Shown here: positions 30,018 through 39,623 of the stretch, piece by piece
How positions within the stretch are numbered: the stretch's first letter is position 1
How the letters are laid out: every line of letters starts with the position of its first letter
The notes under the pieces: generated by a model
What the model was told of the DNA's origin: nothing
What the model saw: only the letters and a program-made list of their open reading frames with translations
The model's database searches: none
Made by a program: the position numbers and the translations under genes
From: Lachnospiraceae bacterium
Lineage (GTDB): Bacteria > Bacillota > Clostridia > Lachnospirales > Lachnospiraceae
Direction: 5' to 3'
Length of the DNA: 64,000 nucleotides
Assembly (NCBI GenBank): GCA_024693845.1
Contig: JAILKJ010000039.1
Span: forward strand, 26,205 to 90,204

Positions 30018-30131
30018 GTCTTGACGTACGCAGGGTTTTCGTCTAAAATAACAGTTGTTACGGGCTTTTTTGAAAGAAAGCATAACATGTGTGCCCGAAC
30101 CAATAGGATATAGACTGGAGAAAAGGATAAT

Positions 30132-30689
30132 ATGGCAAGAAAGATCAGTATAACACAGGATATGATCAAGGATGCGGCCTTCAGCCTTGCAAGAGAAGAG
30201 GGTATCGAAGCAGTCACCGCAAGGAGATTGGCAGATAAGGCAGGATGTTCGACGCAGCCTATTTTCAGGATCTATGAGAAGATGGAACAGCTTCATGAGG
30301 ATGTCTTCCTTATGGCGATCAATTTCTTCTCCGAGTTTTATGAGACCGGAAAGCAGAAGGAGAACATTTCCGACAAGCCCTTCGTTCAGTTCGGGCTTCT
30401 CTACATCGAATTTGCTCTGGCTGAGCCTCAGCTGTTCTCCATGCTGTTTCTGTCCAAGAACCGCTACGGAAGAACCCTGTATGAGCTTCTTAACGGTTCT
30501 ACCGGCGCTTTCGTCCGCGAGATGAACCGTGCCAAGACTGCAGGCGTGAAGGATCCCGGAGATCTGTTCATGAAGATGTGGATCTTCATCCACGGTGCTG
30601 CCTGCATGACCATTACGGGCGATTACGATCTTCCCAGGGAAGAGACGATCCGTCTGCTTACCGATACCTACGCCAAGAACGCAGGCTGA
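30132..30689 (+). CDS. TetR/AcrR family transcriptional regulator
   Basis: 185 aa with an N-terminal HTH (AAFSLAREEGIEAVTARRLADKAGCSTQPIFRIY). A candidate promoter TTGACG-17-TAAAAT sits at 30020-30048. Confidence 0.85.
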   Translation: MARKISITQDMIKDAAFSLAREEGIEAVTARRLADKAGCSTQPIFRIYEKMEQLHEDVFLMAINFFSEFYETGKQKENISDKPFVQFGLLYIEFALAEPQLFSMLFLSKNRYGRTLYELLNGSTGAFVREMNRAKTAGVKDPGDLFMKMWIFIHGAACMTITGDYDLPREETIRLLTDTYAKNAG

Positions 30690-30844
30690 TCTTCGAAGAT
30701 CCGTATCGGATTGTCAGATGAAATGATCGATCTGTAATGATAGAAGCCGCCGAACCACCGTTTCTAACCGTACGACGGCTTCTGAGATCACCAGATTTCT
30801 GTGATCAAATAATTACAACATTAGAGAGGGACTAGCATCTATCT

Positions 30845-31843
30845 ATGAGTGAGAAAATAACCTTGGGGCAGGAGGGCGGACAGACCGCCATGGCCGGACA
30901 GGGCGATCCCAATGAGACGAAAACCGAGAAGCGCGATCTGATCAGCATCATGAACGAGAAGTTCCCGCGCATGAGTAAGAATCACAAGAAGATCGCTTCG
31001 TACATCGTGGATCATTATGAGACGGCGGTGTTCATGACCGCAGCTAAGCTGGGTATGCAGCTGGGGATCAGTGAATCCACCGTGGTACGTTTTGCATCGG
31101 GCCTTGGTTTTGACGGGTATCCCGAGTTTCAGAAGGAGCTGGAGCACTGGGTACAGGGACAGTGGAACAACGTTCAGCGCATCGGCGTTCAGTACAGAGG
31201 CTCCTCCCAGTCTGAGATCTTTGACTCCGTGCTCCGTGCGGATATGGACAAGATCGCCGACACCATCCAGAACCTGGATGAGAAGGCTTTTTCCCTGGCA
31301 GTGGATACCATCCTTTCCGCCAGACATGTCTATGTGATCGGTCTTCGCAGCTGCGAACCCCTTGCTAACTTTTTAAGCTTTTATCTGTCTATGATCCGTG
31401 GTGATGTGATCCGTCTTCAGACCACATCCATGTCGGAGCTTTTTGAACAGATGATCCGTATCAGCGAGGAGGATGCCATCATCGGTATCAGCTTCCCCAG
31501 ATACTCCATGCGTACTCTTAAGGCGCTGGAATTTGCCAATGACAGAAACGCAAAGGTGATCACACTGACGGATACCATTCATTCTCCCATGAATCTGTAT
31601 TCATCCTGTAATCTGCTGGCCCGTTCCGATATGGTTTCCATCGTGGATTCCCTTGTGGCACCCTTATCCGTGATCAATGCACTGGTGGTGGCGCTTTGTG
31701 TCAAAGCGCCTGAGCAGGCAAGGAAATCCCTTGAGGAGTTGGAATTTGCATGGGCTAACTATCAGGTGTACTTAAATGACGAGATCAATTTCATTGATGA
31801 TGAGCCGGTGCTGGATTCACCGCTTGTAAAGGAAACCAGATAA
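30845..31843 (+). CDS. MurR/RpiR family transcriptional regulator (HTH_6 + SIS)
   Basis: HTH region KKIASYIVDHYE..AAKLGMQLGISESTVVRFA. SIS domain with VYVIGLRSC. The start is uncertain (ATG 30845 or 30890). About 30 aa of N-terminal extension relative to typical members. Confidence 0.8.
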   Translation: MSEKITLGQEGGQTAMAGQGDPNETKTEKRDLISIMNEKFPRMSKNHKKIASYIVDHYETAVFMTAAKLGMQLGISESTVVRFASGLGFDGYPEFQKELEHWVQGQWNNVQRIGVQYRGSSQSEIFDSVLRADMDKIADTIQNLDEKAFSLAVDTILSARHVYVIGLRSCEPLANFLSFYLSMIRGDVIRLQTTSMSELFEQMIRISEEDAIIGISFPRYSMRTLKALEFANDRNAKVITLTDTIHSPMNLYSSCNLLARSDMVSIVDSLVAPLSVINALVVALCVKAPEQARKSLEELEFAWANYQVYLNDEINFIDDEPVLDSPLVKETR

Positions 31844-31845
31844 GC

Positions 31846-33213
31846 ATGAAGATCCTTGTGATTGGCGGAGGCGCCGCAGGCATGATGGCGGCGGTTACAG
31901 CAGCCCGCCTGGGAAGTGAAGTTAGCATATACGAACAGAATGAAAAGCTGGGCAAGAAGCTTTTTATCACGGGCAAAGGCAGATGCAATCTGACCAATGC
32001 CTCTGATCGCGATACACATCTGGCGGCGGTAGTTTCAGGCGCCAGATTTTTATACAGCAGCCAGACCCGTTTTGATGCGGCAGCGACGATGGATTTTTTT
32101 GAGCAGCTGGGCGTCAGCCTTAAGACAGAGAGAGGCCAGCGGGTTTTTCCGACAAGCGATCATTCTTCGGATGTGATCAGGGCTCTGGAATATGAGCTGA
32201 AGAGGCTGGGGGTGAGGATCTTCCTGAACACCCCGGTGAAAGAACTGCTGACGGAAGAGATCAGTGGGGAAGGACTGACTGTTGAAGAATTGACGCAGGA
32301 AGATGCGGCAAAGGAAGAGAAGAAAAAATCCTCCGGGAAAAAGTTATCAAAATGTATCGGGAAGATCACCGGCATCAGGCTTTCAGACGGCAGCAAGGTG
32401 ATGGCGGATAAAGTGATCCTGGCCACCGGAGGTATATCCTATCCCCTGACGGGAGCCGACGGAAGCGGCCTTGCCATGGCGGAAAGATCGGGGCACACCG
32501 TTACAAAGCTTTATCCCGCTCTGGTACCTCTTACGGTGGCGGAACCCTGGATATCGCAGCTTGCGGGTTTATCCCTTAGGAACGTGTCGGTCCTGATCAG
32601 GGAGGGCAAAAAGAAGCTGTATGAGGGCTTCGGTGAAATGCTCTTTACCCACAGAGGTGTCAGCGGTCCTTTGATCCTGAGTGCATCCAGCTATGTGACG
32701 ACTCATTTTGAACCGTCAGGTAAGGGAGGAGATCAGGCGGAAAAGCTGCTTCTGCAGATCGACCTGAAACCTGGACTGGATGAGGAAACGCTGGATAAGC
32801 GTCTGATCCGGGAGCTGGAAGAAGCTAAAACCAAACAGGTCAAGAACATGATGGGAAGTCTGCTTCCCTCCGGTATGATCCCGGTGGTGCTGGATATGGC
32901 GGGGGTCCCGGCCGAAGAGAAAGCATGTGACGTGAACAAGCAGCAAAGGCGGGCACTTTTGCAGACCCTGAAGAGCTTTAGCCTTACCATAAACGGAACC
33001 GAAGGATTCGATCAGGCCATCATCACGAAAGGCGGCGTCAAAACGGGACAGATCGATCCGGCAACTATGGCATCAAAGCTCGTTAAGGGTTTATATTTTG
33101 CGGGGGAATGTGTGGATGTGGACGCCCTGACCGGCGGCTTCAATCTGCAGATCGCCTGGGCAAGCGGATTTGCGGCCGGAAATGCCGCAGCAACGGAAGG
33201 AGAAAAGATATGA
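31846..33213 (+). CDS. BaiN/RdsA (HI0933-like) family NAD(P)/FAD-dependent oxidoreductase
   Basis: ILVIGGGAAGMMAA dinucleotide motif, ITGKGRCNLTN, C-terminal GLYFAGECVDVDALTGGFNLQ. Contains a charged insertion of about 45 aa (EISGEG..KKKSSGKK). Confidence 0.85.
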   Translation: MKILVIGGGAAGMMAAVTAARLGSEVSIYEQNEKLGKKLFITGKGRCNLTNASDRDTHLAAVVSGARFLYSSQTRFDAAATMDFFEQLGVSLKTERGQRVFPTSDHSSDVIRALEYELKRLGVRIFLNTPVKELLTEEISGEGLTVEELTQEDAAKEEKKKSSGKKLSKCIGKITGIRLSDGSKVMADKVILATGGISYPLTGADGSGLAMAERSGHTVTKLYPALVPLTVAEPWISQLAGLSLRNVSVLIREGKKKLYEGFGEMLFTHRGVSGPLILSASSYVTTHFEPSGKGGDQAEKLLLQIDLKPGLDEETLDKRLIRELEEAKTKQVKNMMGSLLPSGMIPVVLDMAGVPAEEKACDVNKQQRRALLQTLKSFSLTINGTEGFDQAIITKGGVKTGQIDPATMASKLVKGLYFAGECVDVDALTGGFNLQIAWASGFAAGNAAATEGEKI

Positions 33214-33902
33214 GTGTAAACATTGCGATCGACGGACCTGCGGGCGCAGGAAAAAGTACCATCGCCAAGCTTGTGGCAAAAAAGAAGGGTTACATCTACG
33301 TGGATACCGGAGCGATGTACAGAGCCATGGCCCTGTATCTGCACAGACAGGGAGTGGATCCTGCCGGCGCGGAAAGCGATGACGCGGCAAAGGCTGAGGA
33401 AGTAAAGGTAAAGATCGTTGAACTTTGTACCAAACCCGATATTTCCATCAAATATGAAAACGGCGAGCAGATCGTTCTTCTGGACGGCGAGAATGTCAAC
33501 GGTCTGATCAGAAGCGAGGAGGTAAGCCGCATGGCTTCCGTATCCTCTGCGGTTCCCGAAGTTCGCGTGCGTCTGGTTCAGCTGCAGCAGAAGCTGGCTT
33601 CCGAGTCTGATGTTGTTATGGACGGAAGAGATATCGGAACCGTTGTTCTTCCCAATGCGGATGTGAAGGTATACCTGACCGCATCTGTGGAGGAGCGTGC
33701 AAGACGAAGATTCAAAGAGCAGCAGGAAAAGGGCGTGGAGTGCGATCTTGAAACCATCAAGAAGGACATCGCAGAGCGGGATCACAGAGATATGACAAGG
33801 AAAACCTCACCCCTGAAGCAGGCTGAGGATGCTACCTTGGTAGATTCTTCGGATATGACCATCGAGCAGGTGGCTGAGCACATCCTTTCCCTTTGCAAGT
33901 AA
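33210..33902 (+). CDS. cmk: cytidylate kinase
   Basis: ATGA overlap with the upstream stop. IAIDGPAGAGKSTIAK P-loop. 230 aa. The track start 33108 is inside the upstream gene. Confidence 0.92.
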   Translation: MSVNIAIDGPAGAGKSTIAKLVAKKKGYIYVDTGAMYRAMALYLHRQGVDPAGAESDDAAKAEEVKVKIVELCTKPDISIKYENGEQIVLLDGENVNGLIRSEEVSRMASVSSAVPEVRVRLVQLQQKLASESDVVMDGRDIGTVVLPNADVKVYLTASVEERARRRFKEQQEKGVECDLETIKKDIAERDHRDMTRKTSPLKQAEDATLVDSSDMTIEQVAEHILSLCK

Positions 33903-33948
33903 GCGTAAGTTAATTTTTTTATCAGAGACAAGAGACGGGAGAAATGGT

Positions 33949-34863
33949 TTGGAGATCAAGGTAGCCAAGTCGGCAGGCTTTTGCTTCGGTGTGAAGCGCG
34001 CCGTGGATATGGTATATGACAGGATCAGCGAAAACGGCGGATCCGGTGAAGGGATCTATACGTTAGGCCCCATCATCCATAATGAGGTGGTGGTGTCGGA
34101 GCTTGCCGAAAAGGGTGTAAAGATCCTGGAAAAGAAAAGTGACGGCTTTTATGTATCCTCCGGTCACGAGTACGATACGCAGGTGCGGAAGATCACGGAG
34201 GAAGAGCTGAAAGATGCCATTGTTATCGTCCGTTCCCACGGTGTTGAAAAGCAGGTCTTTTCGGAACTTCAAAAGACCGGTGCTACCATAGCGGATGCCA
34301 CCTGTCCCTTTGTCAAAAAGATCCATACCATCGTGGAGCAGGAGAGTAAAAATGGTGCTGATATCGTGATCATCGGAGACCCGCAGCATCCCGAAGTACA
34401 GGGGATCTGCAGCTACTGTGAAAAGCAGCCCCTGGTGATCGATACACCCGATCAGGCAAAGAGCGCGGTTTTCGCTCCGGATCAAAAGGTATGCGTTGTT
34501 TCACAGACGACCGCCAATTACAACAAATTTGAAGAATTAGTTGAAATTTTGTCCAAAAAAGCGTATAGTATGAATAGTGTGAACACAATCTGTAATGCGA
34601 CTGCCACGCGTCAGCAGGAGGCACGGAGCATAGCAAAGCAGGTTGAGCTCATGATAGTGATAGGCGGTACTCATTCATCCAACTCGCAGAAGCTGTACGA
34701 GATCTGCAAAAAGGAGTGTGAGAACACTTATTTTATACAAACACCAGGTGACTTGCATTTAGACTATCCTAAATCAGTGAGATCGGTGGGAATTACCGCC
34801 GGGGCGTCCACCCCAAACAATATTATTGAGGAGGTTCAGGATCATGTCAGAACAATCTTTTGA
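33949..34863 (+). CDS. ispH: 4-hydroxy-3-methylbut-2-enyl diphosphate reductase
   Basis: TTG start. KSAGFCFGVKRAV, ATCPFVKK and SSNSQKL motifs (three cluster cysteines). 304 aa. Confidence 0.9.
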   Translation: MEIKVAKSAGFCFGVKRAVDMVYDRISENGGSGEGIYTLGPIIHNEVVVSELAEKGVKILEKKSDGFYVSSGHEYDTQVRKITEEELKDAIVIVRSHGVEKQVFSELQKTGATIADATCPFVKKIHTIVEQESKNGADIVIIGDPQHPEVQGICSYCEKQPLVIDTPDQAKSAVFAPDQKVCVVSQTTANYNKFEELVEILSKKAYSMNSVNTICNATATRQQEARSIAKQVELMIVIGGTHSSNSQKLYEICKKECENTYFIQTPGDLHLDYPKSVRSVGITAGASTPNNIIEEVQDHVRTIF

Positions 34864-36001
34864 ACAATTATTGGACGAATCATTTAAGACAATACATAAT
34901 GGAGAGGTAGTTGAAGGTACAGTCATCGATGTTAAACCTGAAGAAGCCGTACTGAACATCGGATACAAGTCCGACGGCATCCTGAGCCGCAACGAGTACA
35001 CCAACGACAACAGTGTTGATCTGACCGAAGTGCTTCACGAAGGTGACAAGCTTGAGGTTAAGGTGGTACGTGTAAATGATGGCGAAGGTCAGGTGATCGT
35101 ATCCTACAAGAGACTGGCAGCCGAGAAGGGCAGCAAGAAGCTTGAGGAGGCACTTGAGAGCGGCGAGATCATTAAGGCAAAGGTTTCCCAGGTACTTGGC
35201 GGCGGACTTTCCGCTGTTGTGGATGAAGTAAGAGTTTTCATTCCCGCAAGCCTGGTTTCCAACGTATATGAGAAGGATCTCAGCAAGTATGCAGATCAGG
35301 AGATCGAATTCAGGATCACCGAGTACAACCCCAAGAAGCGTCGTTGCATCGGAGATCGCAAGCAGATCCTTGTAGAGCGTAAGGCTAAGGCAATGGAAGA
35401 GCTTTTCTCCCGCATCCATGTAGGCGATGTGGTTGAGGGTACCGTTAAGAACATAACTGATTTCGGTGCATTCATCGATCTGGGTGGCGCAGACGGACTC
35501 CTTCATATCTCTGAGATGAGCTGGGGCCATGTTGAGAATCCCAAGAAGGTATTCAAGGTTGGCCAGACTGTAAGAACCCTGATCAAGGATATCGGCGATA
35601 ACAAGATCGCACTGAGCCTGAAGTTTGCAGATACCAATCCCTGGAAGGATGCAGAGGATAAATTCGCTATCGGCAATGTAGTAACCGGTAAGGTTGCAAG
35701 AATGACCGACTTCGGTGCTTTCGTAGAGCTGGAGCCCGGTGTTGATGCACTGCTTCATGTATCCCAGATTTCCAAGGACAGGATCGGCAAGCCTGCTGAT
35801 GTACTCAGTGTAGGTCAGGAGATCACCGCCAAGGTTGTTGACTTCAACTCCGATGATCACAAGATCAGCCTTAGCATGAAGGCACTTCTGGCACCTGAGA
35901 AGACTGAGGAGCCCGAGGCTGATGCGGATGCAGATGTAGTTTCCGTAGATATCGATGCAGTGATCGCTGCAGGCGAGGAAGAGGAAGCATCCGAAGAGTA
36001 A
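34844..36001 (+). CDS. rpsA: 30S ribosomal protein S1 (four S1 domains)
   Basis: Start MSEQSFEQLL at 34844, overlapping the ispH end by 20 nt. Repeated G.V.G.V.....GAF(V/I)(D/E)L S1 motifs. Confidence 0.9.
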   Translation: MSEQSFEQLLDESFKTIHNGEVVEGTVIDVKPEEAVLNIGYKSDGILSRNEYTNDNSVDLTEVLHEGDKLEVKVVRVNDGEGQVIVSYKRLAAEKGSKKLEEALESGEIIKAKVSQVLGGGLSAVVDEVRVFIPASLVSNVYEKDLSKYADQEIEFRITEYNPKKRRCIGDRKQILVERKAKAMEELFSRIHVGDVVEGTVKNITDFGAFIDLGGADGLLHISEMSWGHVENPKKVFKVGQTVRTLIKDIGDNKIALSLKFADTNPWKDAEDKFAIGNVVTGKVARMTDFGAFVELEPGVDALLHVSQISKDRIGKPADVLSVGQEITAKVVDFNSDDHKISLSMKALLAPEKTEEPEADADADVVSVDIDAVIAAGEEEEASEE

Positions 36002-36067
36002 ATAGCTAAAACAGGGCGGTTTCATTGTCGGTCAAGGACTGTGAGATCGCTCTTTTTTTCTCTTTTT

Positions 36068-36874
36068 ATGGAAATGGGAAGGGGGGCAAGAACGTTGGCT
36101 TACGATTACGAATGGTTCAAGAAAGCCGTATATGACATGACCAAGATCGATCTGAATGCTTACAAGGAAAAGCAGATGAAGCGCAGGATCGATACACTGA
36201 TCACTAAGAACGGGATCAAGGGATATGAGAACTATGTAACGCTTTTGAAAGGCGACAAGGAGAAGTTTGATGAGTTCGTAAACTACCTGACGATCAACGT
36301 ATCCGAGTTCTACAGAAATCCGGACCAATGGGAATATATGGATAAGCAGGTGATCCCCGAGCTGATCAAGAATTTCGGCAAGAACCGTCTGAAGATCTGG
36401 TCCGCAGCCTGTTCCACAGGGGATGAGCCCTATTCGCTGGTCATGGCTTTTTCCAGACATATGCCGCTTTCCAACATCAAGATCTTCGCTACGGATATCG
36501 ATAAGCAGGTGATCGCCAAGGCTAAGGTGGGTCTGTATAACGACAAGAGTATCGCAGGCGTGCCCGATGATCTGAAGAAGAAGTACTTTACCAAGGTAGG
36601 CCCTTCCTATCAGATCAGCGACGAGATCAAGAGATGTGTTGAGTTCAAGGAGCATAACCTGTTAAAGGATGCTTATCCGAAGGATTATCACCTGATCGTA
36701 TGCCGTAACGTGCTGATCTACTTTACAGAGGAAGCCAAGGCGGAGATCTTCAAGAAGTTCTCCGATTCCCTTGTGAAAGACGGCTGCCTGTTCATAGGCA
36801 GTACGGAGCAGATCATCACCTATCGTGAGATCGGCTTCAGCAGGAAGAACTCCTTCTTCTACGGAAAGGTCTGA
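36068..36874 (+). CDS. cheR: CheR-type protein-glutamate O-methyltransferase
   Basis: NVSEFYRNP, IWSAACSTGDEPYSL, ATDID and CRNVLIYF motifs. Start ambiguous (GTG 36041, ATG 36068/36074, TTG 36092). Confidence 0.85.
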   Translation: MEMGRGARTLAYDYEWFKKAVYDMTKIDLNAYKEKQMKRRIDTLITKNGIKGYENYVTLLKGDKEKFDEFVNYLTINVSEFYRNPDQWEYMDKQVIPELIKNFGKNRLKIWSAACSTGDEPYSLVMAFSRHMPLSNIKIFATDIDKQVIAKAKVGLYNDKSIAGVPDDLKKKYFTKVGPSYQISDEIKRCVEFKEHNLLKDAYPKDYHLIVCRNVLIYFTEEAKAEIFKKFSDSLVKDGCLFIGSTEQIITYREIGFSRKNSFFYGKV

Positions 36875-36891
36875 GATAAGAGAATATGTAT

Positions 36892-36925
36892 AAAACAAGA
36901 TCCGGTCGTTAAGACCGGATCTTTT
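36892..36925. terminator. bidirectional terminator between convergent cheR and the exonuclease gene
   Basis: AAGATCCGGTC-GTTAA-GACCGGATCTT stem flanked by AAAA and TTTT. The minus-gene stop lies in the loop. Confidence 0.75.
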
Positions 36926-38090
36926 CATGAAAGAGATAATCCAAAACGTGGTAGGCATATTGCCTGAAATCTTCGGGCCTGGTTTTCATTTCATCCGTCA
37001 GCTCGAAGTACAGCTGGCTCGATCCGTAGGAGGGTCGGAAGACCGGCTCAAATACCAGATCCCATTGGGGGAGGAAAGAACCCTCCTTGCGGGTGTAACA
37101 GTTCTTGGCCGTTGCCTGCTCCCTGTGATCGGGAGATACATAGGATGCCACCGATTTATGCAGAGCCATATCTTCATCGGGAAGATAGTAGTACTCTTTG
37201 TAATTGCCGTAGAAATATTTCAGGTCGCCCAGATAAACGGGAACTTCGATGGCTCCGTCGGTCCCTTCTCCCGTGAAATGACAGCTGCCCGATGTAACGG
37301 TAAGGGGCTTGGGAAGAGCGGAAGGAAGTCTTAAGCGGATGACCAGCGACTCGTGGAGATTGCCGTCGGGATCCGTGATCTTTCTGGCGGAAACCTTCGT
37401 GATCCGCATGGGAGTGAGAAAAATATCACTGTAGGATAACAGGTCCAGCAGACGGATCATGCCCCTCATATCATCCGCATTATGTAAAAGCAACAGCTCC
37501 AGCATGGAGGATAGACGCTTTTCCTCAGCGGCGGTAGGAGCGATACCTGCGGCCTTTTGTTTTTCCTGCAAGGTGTTAGCGGTGACATACTCGCGGTAGA
37601 CGTTGATGAGCTCGCCGCCGTCGTAGGCATCCTCACGATTGATGGAAAGGAATCTTTCCATGGTCTTTTGTTTGAGGTTATCAACACCGAGGATCCGTTT
37701 GTAGGGCATTACCCGCTTGTAGATATCCACGCCTTCCATCTCCGAGAAGGGCTCCCGGAATCCGTAGGTGCTGCATTTGTGCTTTAGGAAGGGCAGGTCG
37801 AAATTGTTGCCGTTATAGTGGATCAGGATCTTCTTGGTCCTGCAGAGCGTCAGGAATGCGGAAAGAACGCCTTCCTCACTGCCTGGGGACGGTGCAAAAA
37901 ACTGTTTTAAGACAGGCTGCCCATCCTCGAAATATACACATCCGATCATATACAGGACAGAAGAGCGGGCGGAGAAACCGGTGGTCTCGATATCCACAAA
38001 GAGGATATCTTCCAAAGGGCCGATCGCTTCTATGGGATATTGCAAAAGATCGGGTGAAAGCTTTTCCGTTATGGTTTTCATATGGATCAT
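36909..38090 (-). CDS. RNase H-like (DEDD) exonuclease, YprB/MrfB family
   Basis: ILFVDIETTGF DEDD motif I near the N-terminus, HYNGNNFDLPFL motif II, HNADD motif III. 393 aa. Confidence 0.7.
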   Translation of the reverse strand: MIHMKTITEKLSPDLLQYPIEAIGPLEDILFVDIETTGFSARSSVLYMIGCVYFEDGQPVLKQFFAPSPGSEEGVLSAFLTLCRTKKILIHYNGNNFDLPFLKHKCSTYGFREPFSEMEGVDIYKRVMPYKRILGVDNLKQKTMERFLSINREDAYDGGELINVYREYVTANTLQEKQKAAGIAPTAAEEKRLSSMLELLLLHNADDMRGMIRLLDLLSYSDIFLTPMRITKVSARKITDPDGNLHESLVIRLRLPSALPKPLTVTSGSCHFTGEGTDGAIEVPVYLGDLKYFYGNYKEYYYLPDEDMALHKSVASYVSPDHREQATAKNCYTRKEGSFLPQWDLVFEPVFRPSYGSSQLYFELTDEMKTRPEDFRQYAYHVLDYLFHEKIRS

Positions 38091-38207
38091 CCTTTTAGGC
38101 TGATTGATTCAAGAGTTACAGCAAAAATATAGCATAAATAAAAGGCTTTTTCAAGAATCGTAAAAAGCCCCGAATCTGTCAAATTCATTGGGTTATAATG
38201 GGGATTT

Positions 38208-38218
38208 TGTGCTATACT
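38208..38218 (+). promoter_or_regulatory. extended -10 promoter element for the rnf operon
   Basis: TGTGCTATACT (TRTGn + TATACT) 49 nt upstream of the rnfC ATG. A second TTATAAT sits at 38193-38199. Confidence 0.5.
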
Positions 38219-38266
38219 GTTAATAGTTGTGTGATACAAAAAATCTCAAGGAGAAAGGAATCGGAT

Positions 38267-39586
38267 ATGGGAGGTAAGCTGACTTTTGTGGGCGGGATCC
38301 ATCCCTATGACGGCAAGGATCTTTCAAAGGACAAGCCGATCACGGATATCCTGCCGAAGGGCGATATGGTCTATCCCTTGTCCCAGCATATTGGCGCACC
38401 TGCAAAGCCTGTGGTAGCCAAAGGTGATGCGGTGTTGACGGGACAGATGATAGCGGAAGCGGGAGGATTTGTCTCCGCGCCCATTTATGCCACCGTTTCG
38501 GGAACGGTTAAGGCCATCGAGCCCAGACGTGTTGTGACCGGTGATATGGTGATGTCCATCATCATCGAAAACGACGGTCAATATAATGAGGTGGAATATG
38601 AACCTTCAAAGCCTCTTGAGGATCTGACGAAGGAAGAGGTTATTGCAAAAATACAGAAGGCGGGCGTAGTAGGTATGGGCGGCGCAGGTTTCCCTACCCA
38701 CGTTAAGCTTTCGCCCAAGGAACCTGACAAGATCGATTATGTGATCGTTAACTGTGCGGAGTGCGAGCCCTATCTGACTTCCGATTACAGAAGGATGATG
38801 GAAGAGCCGGAGAAGCTTATCGGCGGTCTGAAGTGCGCCCTGTCCCTGTTTGATGAAGCCAAAGGAATTCTGGCGGTAGAGGATAACAAGCCGGACTGCA
38901 TTGAAAAGCTTCGGGAGCTTACGAAGGATGAAGAGCGTATCACGGTAAAAGCCCTCAAGACCAAGTATCCCCAGGGCGCCGAGAGACAGCTGATCTATGC
39001 ATCCACGGGAAGAGCCATCAATTCCTCCATGCTGCCTGCCGATGCGGGTTGTGTGGTAAATAACGTAGATACGGTCTGCGCCATCTATTCGGCTGTGATG
39101 GAGAACAAACCTCTGATGTACCGTATCGTAACGGTAACGGGAGATGCGATACAGGATCCCAGGAACTTCCGCGTAAGGATCGGAACCAATTATCATGAGC
39201 TGATCGAAGAAGCAGGCGGCTTTAAAACAGAGCCTGCCAAGATCGTATCCGGCGGACCCATGATGGGATTTGCCCTGTTTTCCCTGGATGTTCCCACCAC
39301 CAAGACGGCTTCGGCCCTTCTTTGCATGACCAGGGATGAGGTTGCCCAGTTTGAGCCTTCTGCCTGCATCAATTGCGGACGCTGCGCAGAGATCTGCCCC
39401 GGCAGACTGATCCCCTCCAGAATGGCGGATCTTGCCGAAAGAGGAGATATGGAGACCTTTGTGGCGCTGGATGGACTGGAATGCTGCGAATGCGGTTGCT
39501 GTTCCTATATCTGCCCCGCCAGAAGACAGCTGACCCAGGAGATCAAGACCATGAGAAAGCTGGCTCTGGCAGCCAGAAAGAAATAA
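38267..39586 (+). CDS. rnfC: Rnf electron transport complex subunit C
   Basis: ATG 38267 after AAGGAGAAAGGA. MGGAGFPTHVKL. Two 4Fe-4S motifs: CINCGRCAEICP and CCECGCCSYICP. Confidence 0.93.
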   Translation: MGGKLTFVGGIHPYDGKDLSKDKPITDILPKGDMVYPLSQHIGAPAKPVVAKGDAVLTGQMIAEAGGFVSAPIYATVSGTVKAIEPRRVVTGDMVMSIIIENDGQYNEVEYEPSKPLEDLTKEEVIAKIQKAGVVGMGGAGFPTHVKLSPKEPDKIDYVIVNCAECEPYLTSDYRRMMEEPEKLIGGLKCALSLFDEAKGILAVEDNKPDCIEKLRELTKDEERITVKALKTKYPQGAERQLIYASTGRAINSSMLPADAGCVVNNVDTVCAIYSAVMENKPLMYRIVTVTGDAIQDPRNFRVRIGTNYHELIEEAGGFKTEPAKIVSGGPMMGFALFSLDVPTTKTASALLCMTRDEVAQFEPSACINCGRCAEICPGRLIPSRMADLAERGDMETFVALDGLECCECGCCSYICPARRQLTQEIKTMRKLALAARKK

Positions 39587-39623
39587 AGAAAGTTAGCAAA
39601 TCCTAACAATACGAGGTAATATC

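Noticed and set aside
38219-38245. Rex-like operator upstream of rnfC (TGTTAATAGTTGTGTGATACAA)
   Set aside because: Only 4-5 bp of imperfect dyad symmetry (TTGT..ACAA). It does not match the TTGTGAA-n4-TTCACAA type consensus well enough to call.
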